A DNA stretch of 47,952 nucleotides from an uncultured Acetobacteraceae bacterium (GCA_964245705.1 CAXTOD010000001.1:1-47952); one strand, 5' to 3'; positions 1 through 8,264 are shown, counted from the first letter of the stretch. Numbers and translations are program-made. Notes: generated by a model from the sequence alone, not told the origin.

Positions 1-20
1 GTAGATCTCGCCGGGCGCGG

Positions 21-452
21 TCATGGCTGCACCGGATGCGCGGCAGCATCCGCTCCGACCCTGACCACATCCTTGAGAAGCGACTCCTGCATCTCGAACG
101 CATCGTCGCGGCAGTCTCGCGTGTAGTGCGCGGCGTCATCGAGCGCGAGGATCGCAGCAGCCTTGGCTGCCAGTCCTTCGAGGGTAGATGGATGGTGAAG
201 AAGCAACCGCCCTGGCACGTCCTCGTCGGGCGCCAGCCAAGGACCTACCGGGCCAACGCCGGGCCAGACATGACTCGCGTAGCGTTCCCAGACCTCGTCT
301 GCCGATGTTCTTGCTCCATCGTCAGGCGTCAGGTCGTAGAGTCGTTGCCACTCGGCCTGCATGTCGCGGAGCTGCGCGCACAGCGACAGCAGGGCGGCGT
401 CGGGGTGGGGGGTGTCCGAAATCTGGACACCCTCTGCGCAGGCGCCGCTCAC
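21..452 (-). CDS. Early phage protein with one copy of the 'PDAxLxxLC...T..GLxAKA' helical domain
   Basis: Likely GTG start at 452 overlaps the upstream stop (GTGA); motifs PHPDAALLSLC and PSTLEGLAAKAAA; its stop overlaps an ATG at 24 that runs off the window. Confidence 0.7.
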   Translation of the reverse strand: MSGACAEGVQISDTPHPDAALLSLCAQLRDMQAEWQRLYDLTPDDGARTSADEVWERYASHVWPGVGPVGPWLAPDEDVPGRLLLHHPSTLEGLAAKAAAILALDDAAHYTRDCRDDAFEMQESLLKDVVRVGADAAAHPVQP

Positions 453-628
453 GACCGCGGCCTCTGCTCGCCACACCAGTCGGCAGGACGAGTGTAGGGC
501 CAGACGGCGCCTTCTACCCGATCAAAGGCCGGAGGATACCTGCGGCACTGTCCGATCGGGCCGGAGTCATCAAACCTCACCCAGAAGACGCAGTTCATGC
601 ACCAATCGTGCGGATGGCTGCCGTTCAT
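449..628 (-). CDS. Small Cys-rich, probably metal-binding phage protein (59 aa)
   Basis: MNGSHPHDWCMNCVFW...CRRYPP...WP...DWCGE; ATG at 628 overlaps the upstream stop. Confidence 0.7.
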   Translation of the reverse strand: MNGSHPHDWCMNCVFWVRFDDSGPIGQCRRYPPAFDRVEGAVWPYTRPADWCGEQRPRS

Positions 629-939
629 CGGTAGGTGCTCCCGTCCAGGAGGGTGCCGGCGTTGATCTGGTTCCAGGTCAGGGGGCTGCCGGGCGGCAGC
701 GGGGATGGCCCGTAGTCGTCGCGGCCTGACGGTTTCGGCTGCTTCGCCTGGGCTGCCTTCTCGGCCTGCCGCACCGCAGCCAGCGGATCCGGCTCGCGCA
801 GCACCCGGGTGATCCGCAAACGGCAGCAGGCGCCGTCCCGGTCCACCTGCGCGCCGACGTCGCACCAGCGCAGGCCGGTGGCCCGGAGGCGACGCACGGT
901 GGCGTCCTCCTCCAGGCTCCATGGGCGGCCGCTGGTCAC
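625..939 (-). CDS. Myb/SANT- or GcrA-like HTH protein
   Basis: GTG at 939 coupled to upstream TGA; RPWSLEEDATVRRLRATGLRWCDVGAQVDR plus C-terminal PLPPGSPLTW. Confidence 0.6.
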   Translation of the reverse strand: MTSGRPWSLEEDATVRRLRATGLRWCDVGAQVDRDGACCRLRITRVLREPDPLAAVRQAEKAAQAKQPKPSGRDDYGPSPLPPGSPLTWNQINAGTLLDGSTYR

Positions 940-2639
940 GGCACCGTGGCGGGGTAGCTGGCGCAGATCGCGGCGGTGCGCTGGGCCATCCCCTTGATGG
1001 TGGAGGCGCCGATCAGGTCGCGGATCACCAGCCAGAAGTCGTCCTGGTGAAGCTCGCTCGCCGGCTTGCCGTTGCCGCCCATGCCGCCGTGCCAGGCCAG
1101 GATCGCCTGGGCCCGCAGCTGGTGACCGTCGAGCGTGTGGGGCGCCTGCGCCAGGATCCGTTCCACCAGCTCGTGCTGCTGCGTGTGCCGCGGGTCGTTG
1201 CTGGTGATGTCGGCAGCCTCGACGCTCATCTGGTTGATGCTGGCGATCAGCTCGTTGCAGCCGGCCTTGAGGTCGGCGTCGGGATCGGCCGGCACAGGGG
1301 CAGGCTGGCCCGCCAGCTGCTTGATCAGCATGTAGACGACGTGCTGGCCGTCGTGGCTGATCTCGGGCGGGTTGTCGTCGGAGCAGTGCATGTAGGCGAG
1401 CGCGGCACGGGCGGCGGCACCCTGTCCTGCGGCGGTCTTTGGCTGCAGCAGGCGCAGGCGCTCGAACACCTCCATCTGCTTGTCGTAGATCGGGCCCCGG
1501 ACCGTCTCCTCGTAGGCGAGCGCGTCCTTGTCCGGCAGCGTGTCCTCGTGGCGGCCGGTGCTCTCCCACTCCCTTTCCAGCCGGACGATCTCGTCGCACA
1601 GGGCGATGTAGTCGGCGTCGGGGTTGATGGTCAGCGCCTGCGGCAGAGGCGGCGGCGTGGTGAGCGAGCTCTTTGTGCCATCGCCGCCGAGGAGGTCGCG
1701 CAGGATGGAGTTGAGGAGGAACTGGTTGGTGTCGGTGCACTCCTCCTCAGTCGGCAACTGCTCGTCCCAAGCCACCAGTGCCCGCGCCTTGGCCTGCAGG
1801 CCAGCGACCGTTCTGGCTCCTATGGACCGGATCTGACCGACCAGGATCCTCTGAGCGGCGACGATCGGGTCGAGCGCCGCGTCCTGCCGCTCTTGGTCCT
1901 CGATGTAGTCCGGGTGCTCGTGATGGCAGATGCCGGAGTGCTTGACTTCCAGGCGGCAGAACTCCTCGCACAGACCGATCAGCTCGGCGTCGGCACCGGC
2001 ACCCGACGCGCTGGACAACACCGTCTCCGCCAGCAGCAGGCCGGCCCGGTCGGGAAGCTCCTCGGTGCCGGCCGACCGGATCACGCAGCGGGTGACCCGG
2101 GCGAGAAGCTGCGGGTCCGCGACCGTCGCCGGGTCGGCCAGGGCGGCCTTCATCAGCGGCCACATCGCCCTCTGCGCGCTGTCGCCGGCGCTGGGATCGA
2201 GTTCGCCGCTGTCCGGCCAGCTGCCCGGGTCCATCTCGATTGCGTGCAGGCGCTCGATCTCGGCGATAAGCGCCGGACCGGTCAGGTGCGTCGCGGCGGC
2301 GGGTTCCGGTGCCTGCTGTCCCGGCACGCTGGCTTCGCGACCCAGCCAGAGCCAAGCCGTGGTGACGCCGAGCGCCGCGGCGATCCCGCGCACCTGCTCC
2401 AGCGACGGGACAGCCTTCGCCTTCTCGAAGGTCCGAAGCTCCGCCGCCTTCAGGCCGGCCTTCTTGGCGATCGCGTGATGGGTGAAGCCCTTCATCAGGC
2501 GGGCTTCCACCAGGCGGACGTCGATGCCGGGTGCTGGGGCTGCCTGCTGGTCTGCAGGCTCGGCCGCGACCGGCAGCACGTGGCTCATGCCGGGCTGTGG
2601 CTGGACGTGAACGGAAGTGGTCTGCTGGATGGCGTTCAT
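936..2639 (-). CDS. XRE-family HTH protein with three tandem uncharacterised helical repeats
   Basis: N-terminal HTH (ARLMKGFTHHAIAKKAGL...IAAALGVTTAWL); repeats starting DAELIGLC, PDADYIALC, PDADLKAGC; SD GAGGA upstream. Confidence 0.75.
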   Translation of the reverse strand: MNAIQQTTSVHVQPQPGMSHVLPVAAEPADQQAAPAPGIDVRLVEARLMKGFTHHAIAKKAGLKAAELRTFEKAKAVPSLEQVRGIAAALGVTTAWLWLGREASVPGQQAPEPAAATHLTGPALIAEIERLHAIEMDPGSWPDSGELDPSAGDSAQRAMWPLMKAALADPATVADPQLLARVTRCVIRSAGTEELPDRAGLLLAETVLSSASGAGADAELIGLCEEFCRLEVKHSGICHHEHPDYIEDQERQDAALDPIVAAQRILVGQIRSIGARTVAGLQAKARALVAWDEQLPTEEECTDTNQFLLNSILRDLLGGDGTKSSLTTPPPLPQALTINPDADYIALCDEIVRLEREWESTGRHEDTLPDKDALAYEETVRGPIYDKQMEVFERLRLLQPKTAAGQGAAARAALAYMHCSDDNPPEISHDGQHVVYMLIKQLAGQPAPVPADPDADLKAGCNELIASINQMSVEAADITSNDPRHTQQHELVERILAQAPHTLDGHQLRAQAILAWHGGMGGNGKPASELHQDDFWLVIRDLIGASTIKGMAQRTAAICASYPATVP

Positions 2640-2693
2640 GATGGTGGTCCTCTGTTACGGGATGTGCCCGGAGCCGATCCCGGGCAGGGATGG

Positions 2694-3854
2694 CTAGAGA
2701 GGCTTCGGGACGAACGGGATGACGCCCTGGCCCAAGACCTTCGCCTTGTGGTCGGCGATCAGGCGCGACCCCTCGGCGTCGAGCCAGTCCTTGACCACGT
2801 CGACCTGGAACAGGTGCCGGCCGGTCTCGGCGCTCTCGCGGATCGCGGTGCCGCGGCCGGTGGCGATCGCGTATTTGAACAGCCGGTGGCCGACCCGGCG
2901 GGACAGCGGGCGACGACCGCGCTGCGGCACGTTGAGCTCGCGCAGCAGCTGGATCGGCGCCTTGAACTCGACGACGGCGACGCGCGGGTCCCGGGCCAGC
3001 TCGGCCGCCACCAGTCGGGGCAGCGCGTCGGCCAGCATGGCGCGGAAGTCGGCGAGGGTCGGGCCGGACGGCGACGGAGCCGGGACCCGGGCGTTCTCCT
3101 CGACCCAGATGAAGTAGCGCCGCACCAGCCGGCCGACGTCGTTGTTCTCGGCCATGGCCAGGTGCTTCGCCATGTCGAGGGTGATGGCGTAGAGCTTGGT
3201 GATCTGAGAGCGGGATTTTGCGCTCGCCAGATTTGGCGAGCTCAAACCCTCGGTCACCTGGAAGTCCTGCCCCTCCACGAACCCGAGCTTCGCGACCCGC
3301 TCCTTGATCCAGTTCGTGTAGTCCCGGCCCACCTTGAGGAAGGCGTGCAGCGAGCGCGCGTCCTCGATGCCGATCACCGACCGGCCGCCGATCTCGACCA
3401 TTTGCGCGACGCACAGGCTGGAGATGACGCTGAACTCGTTCGGCAGGTCGTTGACGACCTGGCCGATCGACAGCGCGCGGGCGCCGGCCGGCAGGGTTTC
3501 GGTGGAACCGGCGCCGTCGGCTACCTGCTCCTTCGCCAACTCCTGCTCATAGCTGGCGAGGTCCCGGTTCAGCATCGTGGCGCGGCTGCCACGGACTACG
3601 GTCAGCACCGTCCGCGCCGCCGGGAGGGTCAGGCGCAGGTCCTGGCTGGTCTGGCCGTTGTGGACGATGGCGCGGCCGGGCACATAGTCGAGGTCGCGGC
3701 GCATCACCAGCGGGCTCAGCGTGTGGTCCCGCCAGTAGGCGAAGGTCTCGCTGACCTTCAGCCAGCGCCAGATGTCATGCAGGCTGACGGTGGGGACGGT
3801 CCGGGAGCCGACCTGGGCCGGCTCGACGGCGATGTGGAAGGGCTGCTGAGCCAT
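2694..3854 (-). CDS. AntA/AntB-type antirepressor with duplicated AntA-like domain
   Basis: DARSLHAFLKVGRDYTNWIKERV...FVEGQDF...YAITLDMAKHLAMAENNDVGRLVRRYFI, plus a degenerate N-terminal copy (VSLHDIWRWLKVSETFAYW); SD GGAGG. Confidence 0.85.
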   Translation of the reverse strand: MAQQPFHIAVEPAQVGSRTVPTVSLHDIWRWLKVSETFAYWRDHTLSPLVMRRDLDYVPGRAIVHNGQTSQDLRLTLPAARTVLTVVRGSRATMLNRDLASYEQELAKEQVADGAGSTETLPAGARALSIGQVVNDLPNEFSVISSLCVAQMVEIGGRSVIGIEDARSLHAFLKVGRDYTNWIKERVAKLGFVEGQDFQVTEGLSSPNLASAKSRSQITKLYAITLDMAKHLAMAENNDVGRLVRRYFIWVEENARVPAPSPSGPTLADFRAMLADALPRLVAAELARDPRVAVVEFKAPIQLLRELNVPQRGRRPLSRRVGHRLFKYAIATGRGTAIRESAETGRHLFQVDVVKDWLDAEGSRLIADHKAKVLGQGVIPFVPKPL

Positions 3855-3857
3855 CGG

Positions 3858-3971
3858 TCAGCCTCCTGCCAGGCGGCCAAAGCCGGCCAGGAGAAGTGGC
3901 ACGAGGTAGGCAATCGCCGGGATCGACAGGATCGGGCCGGCGGCGAGGTAGAGGGAGCGAGGGAGAAGCAC
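3858..3971 (-). CDS. 37-aa hydrophobic peptide, first gene of the leftward operon (not in ORF track)
   Basis: GTG at 3971 with SD GGAGG (3978-3982); MLLPRSLYLAAGPILSIPAIAYLVPLLLAGFGRLAGG; stop 3 nt before the antirepressor start. Confidence 0.6.
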   Translation of the reverse strand: MLLPRSLYLAAGPILSIPAIAYLVPLLLAGFGRLAGG

Positions 3972-4002
3972 GATGGGCCTCCATCCGGGTGTGGATGGAC
4001 GA

Positions 4003-4054
4003 AGGCTAATATGGGACGTGGCCCATGGTCAACAAAGATGTGGGATGAAACCCA
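4003..4054 (-). promoter_or_regulatory. Leftward early promoter with two operators (TGGG-N6-CCCA)
   Basis: Minus strand TTGACC-18 nt-TAGCCT; palindromes at 4012-4025 (in the spacer) and 4041-4054. Confidence 0.75.
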
Positions 4055-4060
4055 TGTCCA

Positions 4061-4684
4061 TCAGCTTGCTTTGGTTTTTTTGTCTTCCTCCGCCTCGTGA
4101 TAGGCGATCAAATTCGCCGTCACTGCATCTATGCTAGCATGAGCAACCTGTGGAGAAGCTACCAACATCTCTATATAAAGATCAATGTAAGCATAGAGCG
4201 CAGACTTGAACTCCTCAGTCTCTCCTACTTCTTTAAACAAATCTAGAAACGCAGCTTGGCTCAAAACTATTCCATGGGATATTAGCACCGGCTCGACCAT
4301 AGCTTTATCGCTTCGCCGTTTTTCTAGAGCATCAATGAATAGCTGCAATGTCATTAACATGAGTGCGCTGGCTTTGTCAGCTGAACCTAAGAACTTGACA
4401 GATTCCGGCGTCAAGAACGCGGTTGCGGTATCTATTTCGTCAGTCAAGGTTCGATGAACTGGAGAGTTTCCTTTTTCTACTATTCTAAGGAGACCATCGA
4501 GGTCGGTTCCAAGGGCGATCGCCAGCTTGTTGAGATGTTCCGACTTCGGATTTTTTGACCGACCTTGAACAAGGTCACGCACGTATGTCGCACTCAATCC
4601 GGCTTTAAGTGAAAGCTGCCGTGGGTTAAGGCCCTCGGTCTCCATCCTTAGAAGGACAGACTGTTTGATCGCATCGATGTCCAT
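4061..4684 (-). CDS. CI-like repressor (XRE HTH) with no recognisable S24 autopeptidase domain
   Basis: GLNPRQLSLKAGLSATYVRDLVQGRSKNPKSEHLNKLAIALG; divergent from cro-like gene; AT-richer than flanks. Confidence 0.85.
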   Translation of the reverse strand: MDIDAIKQSVLLRMETEGLNPRQLSLKAGLSATYVRDLVQGRSKNPKSEHLNKLAIALGTDLDGLLRIVEKGNSPVHRTLTDEIDTATAFLTPESVKFLGSADKASALMLMTLQLFIDALEKRRSDKAMVEPVLISHGIVLSQAAFLDLFKEVGETEEFKSALYAYIDLYIEMLVASPQVAHASIDAVTANLIAYHEAEEDKKTKAS

Positions 4685-4772
4685 TGGGCATCATCCCACA
4701 CACTAGCCTAGCTGCAAACTCTATCGCGATCCCACATTATCATTGACACCATGGGCTATATCCCATTATTCC
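4685..4772 (+). promoter_or_regulatory. Rightward early promoter/operator region
   Basis: TGGG-N6-CCCA at 4685-4698 and 4752-4765, half-site CCCA at 4731; TTGACA 4743-4748 then TATTCC after 18 nt. Confidence 0.8.
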
Positions 4773-4779
4773 ATCCCAT

Positions 4780-4989
4780 ATGCGTCCTACAGATCCCATA
4801 CTGAACGAGGTTGATACCTTTCTCGGCGCAACAGGTATGGCGGCCAGTACGTTCGGCCTCCTGGCTGTGAATGATGGGAAGTTCGTGGGTCGCCTTCGAT
4901 CTGGTGGCGATCTAACACTGACCACTGCCTCTAGGGTGCGAGCCTTCATCGCATCCCATAGCAATACCCAAGCCTGTGGTTCGGACTGA
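4780..4989 (+). CDS. Cro-like HTH protein
   Basis: ILNEVDTFLGATGMAASTFGLLAVNDGKFVGRLRSGGDLTLTTASRVRAFI, typical of alphaproteobacterial phage Cro; divergent from cI. Confidence 0.85.
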   Translation: MRPTDPILNEVDTFLGATGMAASTFGLLAVNDGKFVGRLRSGGDLTLTTASRVRAFIASHSNTQACGSD

Positions 4990-5159
4990 TGATGTCCGAT
5001 CCGATCTGTGGAAGCGGTCAGCGTTCTTGGACCCCCACCGACCTCGACCGCATCGTGTGTCCGCCGATCCTCACGCCGACCCACGTGGTGGTGCAGATGC
5101 CAGGAGGTAGGCTGCCTCGTGTTCTTCGGAGTGCCGCGGCCCACTGGCAGCCGCCGGCA

Positions 5160-5846
5160 TCAGGTCGCCTCCGCACCTCCGGCCGCTGCAGCGGCACGCA
5201 TGTCTGCGATCCGCTTCGGCATCTCAAACAAGTAAATCAGCGCCATCCGCGTCAGATTGGCAAGGTCCGCAATTTCTGTAGTCGTCGGTTCATCGGCCTC
5301 ATGAGCCGCATCATTCCCAAGCAGACGAATGCGATCAGCCCAGTCGGCTATAGCCGGCGTAAGCTTGCCCCCTTCTTGCAAAAGCCGAACCCGATGCTTC
5401 AGATTGTTCGTCTGCTTCAAATCAAGGCCAAGTTCTACCGAAGCTACGTCCAGCGACTTTCGGTACATGATGCCGGCAGACTCCAAATTCTGTCGCACTC
5501 TGTTGTCTTCTGCTTGCAAAAAAATTCGCTCGACTGCGGAAGAAAGGCCCCCTGGTGCTACAGGTTTGGCCTTCTCGGGCCAAACGACAACGAGGTCGAA
5601 TACACTGGTGATCTCCCCATCGAGATGCAGCAACCGGTCAGGGCCTTGTCCAGATCTGTGTGCAAAAGCGTTAGCTTGAAGAATCAAGGCTACGCCTCGT
5701 TCGCAGCTTCGACAGAAAGCAGTGACCGAATAATAGTGCTGGCCCTGATACTCCAGCGGTTTAAATCTGCGCGCGCCGCTGATGTCGAACGTCATTCGCT
5801 CTTTCAGGCATCCATCGTGCGGGCAGGTCAGGGTAATTATGGCCAT
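5160..5846 (-). CDS. DUF4145-type domain protein with N-terminal zinc ribbon (antisense moron)
   Basis: CPHDGC...CRSC; ESAGIMYRKSLD...NLKHRVRLL...WADRIRLLGNDAAH; likely ATG at 5846. Confidence 0.8.
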   Translation of the reverse strand: MAIITLTCPHDGCLKERMTFDISGARRFKPLEYQGQHYYSVTAFCRSCERGVALILQANAFAHRSGQGPDRLLHLDGEITSVFDLVVVWPEKAKPVAPGGLSSAVERIFLQAEDNRVRQNLESAGIMYRKSLDVASVELGLDLKQTNNLKHRVRLLQEGGKLTPAIADWADRIRLLGNDAAHEADEPTTTEIADLANLTRMALIYLFEMPKRIADMRAAAAAGGAEAT

Positions 5847-6075
5847 GTCTGATCTCACCTCCGCCCGTTCCGCCATGCAGCAGGCCGAGCTGTTGATCCG
5901 TTCTGCGGTTGCGGAGCCGTCACCGGCCGATCGCACCGCCGTGTTGCTGCAGTCCTACCGGCTCGCGCACCCCGATGTGCAGATCGCACTGGTGATGGGG
6001 CTGATCACGCGGATGGCCTGTGCCGACGGTGTTTCAGTTGTCAGCCCTGCTCCGCAAGCGGGAGGTCGCGGATGA
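5845..6075 (+). CDS. Small hypothetical early protein
   Basis: MSDLTSARSAMQQAELL...; ends with GGAGG and ATGA coupling; phage-like codon use. Confidence 0.5.
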   Translation: MSDLTSARSAMQQAELLIRSAVAEPSPADRTAVLLQSYRLAHPDVQIALVMGLITRMACADGVSVVSPAPQAGGRG

Positions 6076-6343
6076 ACGCGACCATCTCCCGGTTGGCTTC
6101 AGCAAGCCCGAAGAACGCGTTCTCGAAAAAGAGAGGGAGTGTCAGCCCCGCCGTCTTTTCCTCGATCGCGTCAGCGGTCGGCTCAAGCTTTTCAAGGAGG
6201 CTGTTGCGCTGCTCGACCGTCAACATTCCCACCGCGAGCCGCAACGCATTCATTGCAGCCGCTGCTTTGACCGAAGCCTTCACCTTCTCATCTTGCTCGA
6301 TCGCGTGGGCTCTTCTCCATCCCTCAGCCGGGTCGTCTGACAT
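6041..6343 (-). CDS. Hypothetical antisense moron protein
   Basis: ATG at 6343 with SD GGAGG; 100-aa helical-looking product. Confidence 0.6.
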   Translation of the reverse strand: MSDDPAEGWRRAHAIEQDEKVKASVKAAAAMNALRLAVGMLTVEQRNSLLEKLEPTADAIEEKTAGLTLPLFFENAFFGLAEANREMVAFIRDLPLAEQG

Positions 6344-6418
6344 CTGGTCCTCCGTTCGACCCTCCATCCTGCCCCATCACCCCCGAGTCGCACCAAATCC
6401 CTTCTCAGGATCCCCCGC

Positions 6419-6820
6419 ATGAGCATGGACATCGTCGAACTGCGTCTCGCGGCGCTGCAGCAGGCGCGCGGGATGATCGGCGACAGCGGCGACATCCGGA
6501 CCGTGGCCGCCACGCTGCGGCTGGCGGCCCGGATCGAGAGCGCGTTGCTAGGGCGTGACGGCTTTTCTGTCTGCGTAGACGGCCTCCGTAACCTCTCTGA
6601 TGAGGGTGAGCTGGTAGGCACGGTCGCCTCCAAGGTTGGTGGCACTACCGCTCCCGATCTTGTTTTCAACGAAAGCAATCGACCTGGCGACGTTCCAGAC
6701 GAGTGCCGATCGGTCGAACTCGGACATGGCGTTTCGACTCCTGTTGCTGGGTTGGACACCGCAACAGTGGGCCCGGGCGGGGGAGCTGTCACCGCTTCCC
6801 CGCCGGACGCCGCGGCATGA
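6419..6820 (+). CDS. Hypothetical early protein; distal part overlaps an antisense gene
   Basis: SD AGGA; phage-like N-terminus (DIVELRLAALQQA); ATGA coupling at the end. Confidence 0.45.
   Translation: MSMDIVELRLAALQQARGMIGDSGDIRTVAATLRLAARIESALLGRDGFSVCVDGLRNLSDEGELVGTVASKVGGTTAPDLVFNESNRPGDVPDECRSVELGHGVSTPVAGLDTATVGPGGGAVTASPPDAAA
6548..6727 (-). CDS. Nested 59-aa antisense gene (not in ORF track)
   Basis: SD AGGAG, ATG 6727, TAG 6548; MSEFDRSALVWNVARSIAFVENKIGSGSATNLGGDRAYQLTLIREVTEAVYADRKAVTP. Confidence 0.6.
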   Translation of the reverse strand: MSEFDRSALVWNVARSIAFVENKIGSGSATNLGGDRAYQLTLIREVTEAVYADRKAVTP

Positions 6821-6947
6821 CCATCACCCTGGCGGGTCGCCGCGTCCCCTCCCCCGGCCGTGCCCGCTCCACCGCCTTCCTGGCCGGCCGGGGCCACGCA
6901 TGCTGAACCCCAGCCCCGCGCCATCCGGCCTCGGTCAGCCGCACGCC

Positions 6948-7292
6948 TCAGGCCTCCCCGGCCGAGCTGCCGTGCAACAGCAGCAGCTGCTCGACCAGAT
7001 CGTTGCCGAAGTCCGCGGCCGCCTGCGTGGCGTCGTCGTCGGCCATGCTCAGCACCCAGATCGCGACCGCGCCCGGTTCGGCGCCCAGCACGGTCAGGAC
7101 TGCCGCGGCGACACCCACCAGGGTGGCGATCCGCGTGTCCTGCCGGGGCTGGCTGTCGCGCAGCCCGATCATGTCCGCCGTCATCAGCGCCCACAGCCGC
7201 GCCACGTCGGCGTGCTCGTCCTCGAGGAACGCCAGGCGCCTGGCGATCACCGTCGTCCTGCGCGGCCGGCTGCGGAGGTCCGGGCGGATCAT
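6948..7292 (-). CDS. Hypothetical antisense protein with hydrophobic segment
   Basis: ATG 7292, GC3-rich codons; IATLVGVAAAVLTVLG. Confidence 0.5.
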   Translation of the reverse strand: MIRPDLRSRPRRTTVIARRLAFLEDEHADVARLWALMTADMIGLRDSQPRQDTRIATLVGVAAAVLTVLGAEPGAVAIWVLSMADDDATQAAADFGNDLVEQLLLLHGSSAGEA

Positions 7293-7479
7293 CGCCCGGC
7301 CGTCCCCAGCCGATCGCTGCCCGCGTGTGTCCAGCACGCCGGCGTCCCGGTCGCCCTGACCGGGTGTCTGTCCTCTCCCTCGTCACAGACCGCATCGTCG
7401 ACCGCCGCGTCTCCCACCCGCTCGCTCCCTGCGCCGCACCGTCGTGACGCCGGACACGATGAGCGAGGAGCGGAACACG

Positions 7480-7812
7480 ATGGTGACGAAACGGCCCAGG
7501 ATCCTGGAGCAGCCCGTGCGCACGGCTGAGGCGGCGGAGCTTCGCGGCTACGCGTCCGCCGCGGTCGAGGCCCGGCAGTCGGAAGGGCGCAAGCGGGCGA
7601 TCGCCGGCGCCGCCCGCGAGCTCGGCCTGTCGCCGCGCCGGGTGATCGGGCTGCTGCGCGGCGAGGTGTCGCGTGTCTGGGCGGACGAGCTTCTTGGCGC
7701 CCGTGCCTGGTACCGTGCGCACGTCGAGCGCCAGGCGCGGCTGCTGGAACAAGAAGCGGCGGTCCACCGGGCCCTGCTGGACGAGTGGGAGGCAGGATGC
7801 CCCAGGGACTGA
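7480..7812 (+). CDS. CII-like HTH regulator
   Basis: AIAGAARELGLSPRRVIGLLRGEVSRVWADE; SD GAGGAG before ATG 7480 (alternative start 7459). Confidence 0.6.
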   Translation: MVTKRPRILEQPVRTAEAAELRGYASAAVEARQSEGRKRAIAGAARELGLSPRRVIGLLRGEVSRVWADELLGARAWYRAHVERQARLLEQEAAVHRALLDEWEAGCPRD

Positions 7813-7982
7813 AGGTCCTGCATGCCCGCATCTGCCAGGCGCGCTCGAACTGGAAGCTGCGGCGGGCGAACAAGCTCAAGCGGCAGTCGGACGCGCTGGC
7901 GGCGAAGTCGGCGCGGCTGATGGCCGAGGTGCGTGCGGAATGGAGCCGGCCGGGTATCGACCGGCGGAGGCGGCCGCGGTGA
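7797..7982 (+). CDS. Small basic hypothetical protein
   Basis: Overlaps both neighbours; SD GGAGG. Confidence 0.5.
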   Translation: MPQGLKVLHARICQARSNWKLRRANKLKRQSDALAAKSARLMAEVRAEWSRPGIDRRRRPR

Positions 7983-8254
7983 ACGACATCATCCGCCTGC
8001 CCGTCCGCCTGCGCGTCGTCAGCGACCCGATCCGGGAAAAGCTGGCACGGGAGAAACCGCGCTTCTTCGCATTGCATCTTGCGCGGCGTCATCTGATCGA
8101 GACGTGGCGGCAGCTGATCAGCAGCGACGAGATGACCGATATCGAGCTGCGTGAAGTGGCCGAGCTGACCAGCAGAGTGCTGCTGCAGCTGCTCGACCTG
8201 CACCGGCTCGATCACCCCGCACAACCCGATCAGACGCCGCCGAGCGCGGCCTGA
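7979..8254 (+). CDS. Hypothetical protein
   Basis: GTGA coupling; MNDIIRLPVRLRVV... Confidence 0.5.
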   Translation: MNDIIRLPVRLRVVSDPIREKLAREKPRFFALHLARRHLIETWRQLISSDEMTDIELREVAELTSRVLLQLLDLHRLDHPAQPDQTPPSAA

Positions 8255-8264
8255 AGGATCACCC

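Noticed and set aside
2665-2686. Hairpin TGCCCGG...CCGGGCA as an intrinsic terminator
   Set aside because: No U-tract on either strand; function cannot be assigned.
921-4100. 1059-aa plus-strand ORF and similar long antisense ORFs (8786-10804, 14250-16634, 33195-36059, 44959-46539)
   Set aside because: Shadow frames of high-GC genes; no motifs, and the opposite strand has recognisable proteins.
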